Shown piece after piece: positions 58,178-64,000 of a DNA stretch of 64,000 nt. Each line of letters starts with the position of its first letter. The first letter of the stretch is position 1. Under the pieces are notes generated by a model. That model worked only from the letters and a program-made list of their open reading frames with translations, had not been told where the DNA came from and did not search any database. Position numbers and translations under genes: made by a program. The stretch covers positions 83,744-147,743 of the IMG/VR virus record IMGVR_UViG_3300025534_000004; one strand, written 5' to 3'. Source of the DNA: a virus.

Positions 58178-59269
58178 ATGGCCGTTAATGACAGCGACAA
58201 AATTGACTTCCTTTGGAAGAAGGTGATTTTCGGTGTCGGCAAGACTGCCTCCGGCAGTGCGAAGTTCGGCTCCAACGAGACCATCGCCTCGGCTCTCCCG
58301 GTGTACAACAGCAACATCTGGGCCAAGACCGACGCCGCGTCGATCCCGGCGGTGCCGCCTGCCGAATCCACCGAGACGGTCGAGAAGCTGACGGGTGCGC
58401 AGCGCATCCGTCTGACCAACGACCCGACCTCGGCGCCGAACGTGGCGTGGCTCGCCACCACCTCCTATGGCGATCCGGCGACGGTCGCGGGTGACTTCAT
58501 CCCGCCGACCTTCGGCACCGGCTATGCCGTGAAGGTGTGGATCGGCGATCCGAATGAAGGCCCGGCGGCACGCATCTTCCCCGACACCGCCAATGAGGAG
58601 TGGGTGTTCGACTACAATGCCGGTATCCTGTTCTTCCCGAACAACGTGCCGTCCGCGAAGTCGGCTACCGTCGGCAACGGTACCGTCTCGGTTGCCAGCA
58701 ATGGCATCTATGTGGAACTGTACCGCTACACCGGTCCGAAGGGCCTGTCGGTGCCGGGCGTGTCCTCCAACAAGACCTACGTGGTCGCGGACATCGCGCA
58801 GCGTGACGCCCTCACGGGCCTCAACGCGGGCGATCTCGTCCATGTCGAAGATGCGAGCGGCATCGCCTCGGATGCCGGTCCGGGCGAGTATGCGGGCTAT
58901 CTCTGGACCGGTTCCGCGTGGCGCCTGTCCTATACGCAGGACAGTGCCCGCTCCGATGCCCTGTCCACCGAGGTGACCCTGTCCGGTGACGCGCTCGACG
59001 ACAAGTCGCTCGGCCGGGCCGGGAACAACACCCGCGTCGTGGCCGTGACCGTCGAGGTCATCACGCCCTTTGACGGTGACGCCGCCATCTCGGTCGGCTT
59101 CGCGGGCAGCGAGGACCGCCTGATGAGCGTGAACGAGAACGACCTGCAAGCCGCAGGCATCTACGTCTCGAACCCGAGCGTCCAGTTCACGGACGAGACC
59201 GAGATCGTCGTCTACGCGACGGGCACCTCCACCGTCGGTGAGTGCAAGGTCTCCCTGACCTACGCCTAA
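58178..59269 (+). CDS. virion structural protein
   Basis: KIDFLWKK, EWVFDYNAGILFF, YRYTG, VVADIAQRDAL. Confidence 0.7.
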   Translation: MAVNDSDKIDFLWKKVIFGVGKTASGSAKFGSNETIASALPVYNSNIWAKTDAASIPAVPPAESTETVEKLTGAQRIRLTNDPTSAPNVAWLATTSYGDPATVAGDFIPPTFGTGYAVKVWIGDPNEGPAARIFPDTANEEWVFDYNAGILFFPNNVPSAKSATVGNGTVSVASNGIYVELYRYTGPKGLSVPGVSSNKTYVVADIAQRDALTGLNAGDLVHVEDASGIASDAGPGEYAGYLWTGSAWRLSYTQDSARSDALSTEVTLSGDALDDKSLGRAGNNTRVVAVTVEVITPFDGDAAISVGFAGSEDRLMSVNENDLQAAGIYVSNPSVQFTDETEIVVYATGTSTVGECKVSLTYA

Positions 59270-59274
59270 CCAAA

Positions 59275-59304
59275 CGGGATGGGCACCTCCGGGTGCCCAT
59301 CCCG
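59275..59304 (+). terminator. terminator-like hairpin
   Basis: CGGGATGGGCACC-TCCG-GGTGCCCATCCCG. Confidence 0.6.
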
Positions 59305-59921
59305 CCCTCAATGGATATCCTGCGGCAGGGGATCGACGGCGTGCCCTTCCGGGAGGTCGCCATCATCGGTGGGCATCTCTACCAGCCGGTCATGCAGAGC
59401 TTCGTGGCCGCCAGTTGGGGGAGATCGTCGCTGGTCACAGCCTACGATCTCCCCCGAAAGCGCACGATCCGTGGTCCTACCCCGAGGGGGCACCCTCCGT
59501 AGGAGCATCCATCCACGGCCTGCCGCGCTAATAGCGCCCCTCGGGCCACCCGGCTCACCGATACCTTGCGGCATGAAGGCGTCACCGTCGTGCGTGGGAA
59601 GTCTCTACACCAGCCACCAGCATAAATCAAGGATGTAAAACCACATTATCATGGTTGCGCCGTGGTCCGCCTGCGATAGGATGATCGCAACGGAAACCGT
59701 CGTTCCAGCATTCCAATGCCCACCGTTCCTTCACACCTTGCGCGGCAGGCGGGACAGCGCCTCCAAGAAGCGGCACTTTCTCGTCCCCATCGCCGAGTAC
59801 GATGCCAGAAGCCGCTACGGCTTCGTCGTGGACCCGGTGCGGCACAAGGAAATCGCGGCAGCCTGACGCCCGCCGGATGCGGCGGTGCTGTATAAATAGC
59901 GCGGAACCAAGGATGTGGCCC

Positions 59922-60251
59922 ATGGACCTCCGCGTTTCCAATGCCGTCGAGATGGCGGCCTCCCACTACCTCCGCGACGTCCTGACCGACCCGGAATATG
60001 CCGACCTGTTGCGCGCCACCGTGCGCAGGTTCGTCGATGGATCGGTGCTGGTACTGGTTCTGCGCGATGAGGCGTCGGCCTCGGCGTTCTCCACCCTTGC
60101 CGGGCGCCCCTTCCCTGTCGCCGATGGCGGCAGCGCGACGCTGCGCTTCGAGGTCGCCAATCCAGCGGCCGAGCGCGAGGAACGGCTTGAGGCCCGCTAT
60201 GGCAGGCCCGCTCTCGCGGACCTGCTGCTCAATCAGATGATCGACCTCTGA
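59922..60251 (+). CDS. late hypothetical protein
   Basis: TATAAATA at 59891-59898. Confidence 0.55.
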   Translation: MDLRVSNAVEMAASHYLRDVLTDPEYADLLRATVRRFVDGSVLVLVLRDEASASAFSTLAGRPFPVADGGSATLRFEVANPAAEREERLEARYGRPALADLLLNQMIDL

Positions 60252-60791
60252 TCAGCCCTGCCAGTTGCCGTAGAAGGTCTCGCCCTCAAGGTCAGGGCGC
60301 AGGTTCTCGCCATCGGTTGACCCGTAGCCGTACTTCTCGATGGACTGAAAGGTCACCGCACCGGTCACGTAGACTTCCTGCTCGTGCGGATAGAGGCAGT
60401 TGTGGGCGACGGTCAGCGGCAGGTTCACCGCATCGCGGGTCACGGTCGCGGTGATCAGGTACAGCCTATCATGGTCGTTGACGTGGAGGCCGAGATCGCC
60501 ATCGGGATCGGTCGTCCAATGATTGCCGAGATGGTCGCCCGGCGCGAGGTCCTCCACCTGATCCTCATCGAGTTCCATCACCCGGTAGACCGTCACCGGC
60601 CCGCCCGAGAACAGATCGGCATGACGAGCCACATACTGCCGCACGGCATCCGGGGTGATGTCATTCGCATCCATGTGCGGCTGGAAGATTTCATGCTCGG
60701 ACGCCGCCTCGCGTGCCGCCGCGACCATCCGGCCCAGCCGCGTCCCCTCCACCCCTTCGGCAACGATCCGTATCGCGGTGCGCATATCCAT
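60252..60791 (-). CDS. late ADP-ribosyltransferase-like protein
   Basis: VYRVM..LGNHWT..HEQEVYV (R..ExE); MDMRTAIRIVAE start; TAAATA at 60818-60823. Confidence 0.55.
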   Translation of the reverse strand: MDMRTAIRIVAEGVEGTRLGRMVAAAREAASEHEIFQPHMDANDITPDAVRQYVARHADLFSGGPVTVYRVMELDEDQVEDLAPGDHLGNHWTTDPDGDLGLHVNDHDRLYLITATVTRDAVNLPLTVAHNCLYPHEQEVYVTGAVTFQSIEKYGYGSTDGENLRPDLEGETFYGNWQG

Positions 60792-60915
60792 GGCTGCCTC
60801 ATGCGTTTGATGTCGCCTATTTACCAAATCGTGGGCGGCCGAACCATAATAATTCGGTTGACTGCGCCCTGATTTATGGCAGTATCGTTCCAGCAGCGAA
60901 CGAGGGCCATCCCCG

Positions 60916-61092
60916 ATGATCACCGCGCATGTCATCGTCAGCCATCCGACGGCCAAGCCCGCCAAGTACAGCGTCCAGCACCACGACAAGGTGGAGGTCG
61001 AGGTCGGCATTGCCACGGTCGTGGTCGGCTATGCCCGCGAGAACCGGGTCCCGCTCCGCGAGGTCAACACCAAGGTCACGTGGGTAAACTGA
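60916..61092 (+). CDS. small protein (58 aa), absent from ORF track
   Basis: GAGGG RBS; MITAHVIVSHPTAKPAKYSV... Confidence 0.5.
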   Translation: MITAHVIVSHPTAKPAKYSVQHHDKVEVEVGIATVVVGYARENRVPLREVNTKVTWVN

Positions 61093-61423
61093 TGCCCAAA
61101 CTCCCTCGCCTCCGGGCTGTAAAGCAACGGCCGAGGCGAGGGTGAGGGCTTTGTCCCGCACCAATCCGCTCACCGCCAATCACACACGGCCGGTCCGGGG
61201 CCGGGCGCCCTGTAGGCGAAAACGCCGCTCCGCCTCAACCAAAAACGCCACCGCCTGCCCACAAAATCGAAGTAGACTGACCGGAATTATCCGGTAGGAT
61301 AACGAAATCGTGCGGAGAGGTGCCATGCCAGAGTTCCACGCCGGTTTCGCCCCATGCCTGCGACCCGCGAATGATGCCGCGTCGCTCTGACAGTTACGTT
61401 GCAACCACAAAAGGAGACCTCGC

Positions 61424-61729
61424 ATGAATACTGCCTCCCCCGATATCGACATCCGCCAGATGCGTTACGATGCCAACAAGAAGTCAGCAGGCGTCGCCTA
61501 CGTCCTCTGGTTCTTCTTCGGTCTCATCGGGGCACACCGGTTCTACGCGTCCAAAACCGGATCGGCCGTCGTGATGCTGTGCATCACCCTCGTTTCCCTG
61601 CTGCTGACCGTCGTGGGCATCGGTTTCATTGGTCTGGCCATCACCGGCATCTGGGCGCTGATCGACGCCTTCCTGATTCCGGGCATGATCCGCGACTTCA
61701 ACAATCGGCTGATCACCATGATTTCGTAA
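61424..61729 (+). CDS. TM2-domain membrane protein
   Basis: KKSAGVAYVLWFFFGLIGAHRFY..WALIDAFLIPGM. Confidence 0.9.
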   Translation: MNTASPDIDIRQMRYDANKKSAGVAYVLWFFFGLIGAHRFYASKTGSAVVMLCITLVSLLLTVVGIGFIGLAITGIWALIDAFLIPGMIRDFNNRLITMIS

Positions 61730-61799
61730 CCACGAGACGGGCGGGTCGCAGAGCGACCCGCCCGCCGTCTCCGAGGCGCCCGAGACTACAAAGGGCGTT

Positions 61800-62342
61800 T
61801 CACGCGGATGCTACGGCATCGCCGGGCAGGCCATGCTCCGCGAGGATAGCCGCAATGGCCTGATCCGATGCCGGGAGCACCTTGTAGGGGATGCCGTGCC
61901 GCTCCAACAGGGCGATCAGGTCCGCATCCCGCTGACGCGCCATCTGGACATCCCCGACCCGGCCGACCGGGTTGAATCGATGTTCACGCCGCAGCAGGTA
62001 GTTCGCATTATCGTAGGTCTGGAACACGTCCAGCACCAGCCGCTCAAGCGCCGGAGCCTCCGGCAAGTTGCGGTTCAGGTAGAGCAGGCCGGTCAACAGC
62101 GGGCAATCCATGATGGCGAAATCGAGCCCGTGATCCAGCAGGCGGCCGAGCCGCCGGTTCTGCTTGGCGAAGATGTATATCTGATCGCCAAGCAGGCTTT
62201 CATGCCGTTCCCAGACAAGGTCCTTGGCGAACTCAGTCACAAGCTCGACATTGAGGCCGAGCTTTTTCATGGCGAAGAACAAGCCGGAGGCCGTGGTGGA
62301 TTTGCCCACGCACGGCCCGCCCAAGAGATTGATCACGCGCAT
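61800..62342 (-). CDS. P-loop nucleotide kinase/AAA-family protein
   Basis: GGPCVGKST, ELVTEFAKDLVWE, DCPLL. Confidence 0.8.
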   Translation of the reverse strand: MRVINLLGGPCVGKSTTASGLFFAMKKLGLNVELVTEFAKDLVWERHESLLGDQIYIFAKQNRRLGRLLDHGLDFAIMDCPLLTGLLYLNRNLPEAPALERLVLDVFQTYDNANYLLRREHRFNPVGRVGDVQMARQRDADLIALLERHGIPYKVLPASDQAIAAILAEHGLPGDAVASA

Positions 62343-62380
62343 AGGGCTTTGTGCAACTTCCGCACGCTATCTCTCATCCC

Positions 62381-62629
62381 TCACTGACCGGTGCCCTGCG
62401 TTTCCACCGGAGGGCTTGCATTGGCTTCGGCCTCAAAGCGCGCGATGATCTCGGTGGATGCCTTGAGGGTGTCGCGCACATCCTGCCACGCGACCTCACC
62501 GCGCACATAGGCGCGGAACACGCCGTCGAGGTATTTGAGATAGGCCAACGGACTGGCGAGGTCCTGACGAACCGGCTTCTTGAATGCAAGGCGCAAGTCG
62601 TCGTTCGGGGTGCCTTCGACAAACATCAC
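62381..62629 (-). CDS. hypothetical protein
   Basis: Coupled ORF. Confidence 0.5.
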   Translation of the reverse strand: MMFVEGTPNDDLRLAFKKPVRQDLASPLAYLKYLDGVFRAYVRGEVAWQDVRDTLKASTEIIARFEAEANASPPVETQGTGQ

Positions 62630-62859
62630 ACACCCTCCGCAACACGCTCGAAGCGCGGCTTCCCGTCCACTTCCTCAAGGAACATTGCCGCCGGGCGCAC
62701 CCAGACGCGTCGCTTGCCGTACTGCGCGCGGTAGACCACGAGTTCCTCAAGGGTCTCGCTATGCCTGCCGACGGCGATCACCTCGTAGAGGTTGCCCTTG
62801 TAATGGCGGTAGAGGCCAAGACTGACCTGCGCGGTCGGCTCGAAACCATCGTCCATCAT
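62626..62859 (-). CDS. DUF1653-domain protein
   Basis: GLYRHYKGNLY..HSETLEELVVY..WVRPAAMF..PRF. Confidence 0.9.
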   Translation of the reverse strand: MMDDGFEPTAQVSLGLYRHYKGNLYEVIAVGRHSETLEELVVYRAQYGKRRVWVRPAAMFLEEVDGKPRFERVAEGV

Positions 62860-62910
62860 TGTTCAAAATGACTTTCTGAAAATGGGTTGAAGGAAGGATT
62901 GGTGCGCTTT

Positions 62911-63441
62911 TCAGCGCACCAAGGAATCGCGCCAGTCGTCCCACGCCTTATTGTCGGCAATCTCCCGCCGGATGGCTTCCTGCCGGGTGCGGTGAATGGC
63001 TTGCCATTCGGTCTCGTAATCCGTCAGGTGCTTGTGGGCAGCCTCAAGATCACCCCGAGCCAGCGCATCATACGCGAGAGGGATGTGCTTCCGGGCGATC
63101 TTGTCGTGATTGTATAGGTATTCGTTCCTCGTCATCTTCTCAAACGACCTTTTGAGTCTCAGCCGGTAGTCGTAATAGAGCAGCACCGCGCTTTCATCAC
63201 GCAAGATGAAACAGCCGACCAGCAGATGCTCGTTGCCCTCATGGTCCTCGGCGAACGCGTCGAACTTGTAGGCACTCGAATTGCTCACGTCTCGGGCTGC
63301 GCAATGCGCGGCCTGAACCTTGGCGGCCACAAAGGCCGCGTCATCCTCCGTGGGGTAGAGCGGGATCACACGTCCCTGCGGCTCCCCACAGAGGATGCGA
63401 CGGTCCCCTTCGAAGCGGATGGCGGCGAAGGGAGACATCAC
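62911..63441 (-). CDS. hypothetical protein
   Basis: Coupled ORF. Confidence 0.55.
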   Translation of the reverse strand: MMSPFAAIRFEGDRRILCGEPQGRVIPLYPTEDDAAFVAAKVQAAHCAARDVSNSSAYKFDAFAEDHEGNEHLLVGCFILRDESAVLLYYDYRLRLKRSFEKMTRNEYLYNHDKIARKHIPLAYDALARGDLEAAHKHLTDYETEWQAIHRTRQEAIRREIADNKAWDDWRDSLVR

Positions 63442-63815
63442 TGGCTCAGGCCGAGAGCAGCGCGCTCCTCGGGCGTCAGCTTGGCGAGACCGGTCAGCCT
63501 CGGGTCGGTTGGGACGGGCTGTGGAGCAGGCACATTGCCGGGGGGAGCCACGGACTGGGTTCTCGTGCAGTTCTTCCCGCAGGATTCAGTCCAAGTGACC
63601 GTCGCACCGGGAACCACCCAGAGCCCCATATTGCCCAAGGTGGTCGGTACGATGATGTAGTAGATGTCAAACGGTCCACTGGTGGCGACATGCGCGGGGG
63701 CGGAGAGCGTCATGGGACGACCCATCGCCTGCTCGGCCTTCTGCTGTTCCGTCCGCTGATCGCAGCCGGAGAGGATCAGGGCGATGCCCGCGAGAGCAAG
63801 GAAGGAGCGCCGCAT
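63438..63815 (-). CDS. lipoprotein
   Basis: Lipobox LSGC; LAKLTPEERAALGL tail. Confidence 0.65.
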   Translation of the reverse strand: MRRSFLALAGIALILSGCDQRTEQQKAEQAMGRPMTLSAPAHVATSGPFDIYYIIVPTTLGNMGLWVVPGATVTWTESCGKNCTRTQSVAPPGNVPAPQPVPTDPRLTGLAKLTPEERAALGLSQ

Positions 63816-64000
63816 CAGAACCCCCTCTCCGCTGCGATCTGGTTCAGGTCATGGATGGCCTGCGCGGCATTCCGGTAATGGATTGCCGTCCCGCCTGCCC
63901 GTTCCCAGCGCCGCACATTGACGATGAAGTCATCGACCAGCACGTCGCCGGGTTTCTCCATGTACTGCGGCTTGTGTCGCGACAGACAGGTGATCACCCG
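63815..64000 (-). CDS. 5'(3')-deoxyribonucleotidase-like HAD protein (C-terminal part)
   Basis: K..GDVLVDD..NVRRWERAGG.AIHY. Confidence 0.75.
   Translation of the reverse strand, partial: RVITCLSRHKPQYMEKPGDVLVDDFIVNVRRWERAGGTAIHYRNAAQAIHDLNQIAAERGF

Noticed and set aside
56282-59311. 1009-aa minus-strand ORF
   Set aside because: Antisense shadow of two strongly codon-biased structural genes.

Overview
This 64-kb window looks like part of a GC-rich jumbo myophage of an alphaproteobacterial host. Phage evidence: a T4 gp15-like tail protein, virion proteins, about 14 TAAATA late-promoter boxes and dense small accessory genes. Host evidence: a permuted two-piece tmRNA of the alphaproteobacterial type. 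The window also carries a plasmid-type replicon (ParB-like gene, about 21 16-bp iterons with a DnaA box, RepA initiator), so the element may be a jumbo phage-plasmid. Main points: (1) A complete IS1595-family DDE element (2528-5124; imperfect terminal IRs, 8-bp TSD GGCTCAAA) carries an intact-looking TnpB nuclease translationally coupled to the transposase. (2) A ribosome-rescue and tRNA toolkit: tmRNA, an ArfA-like peptide, a stand-alone GGQ domain, Thg1, Tpt1/KptA, a GlyRS-like catalytic domain, YqeY and an atypical tRNA-CAU. (3) Late-expressed, probably packaged enzymes: an Acb1-like 2H phosphoesterase, ART-like proteins and two amidoligases. (4) Apparent pseudo-enzymes or decoys: a dead terminase ATPase and an ACP lacking its Ser. 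Several indels in homopolymers or repeats suggest assembly errors or decay. All family calls come from motif recognition by eye; no database search was run.
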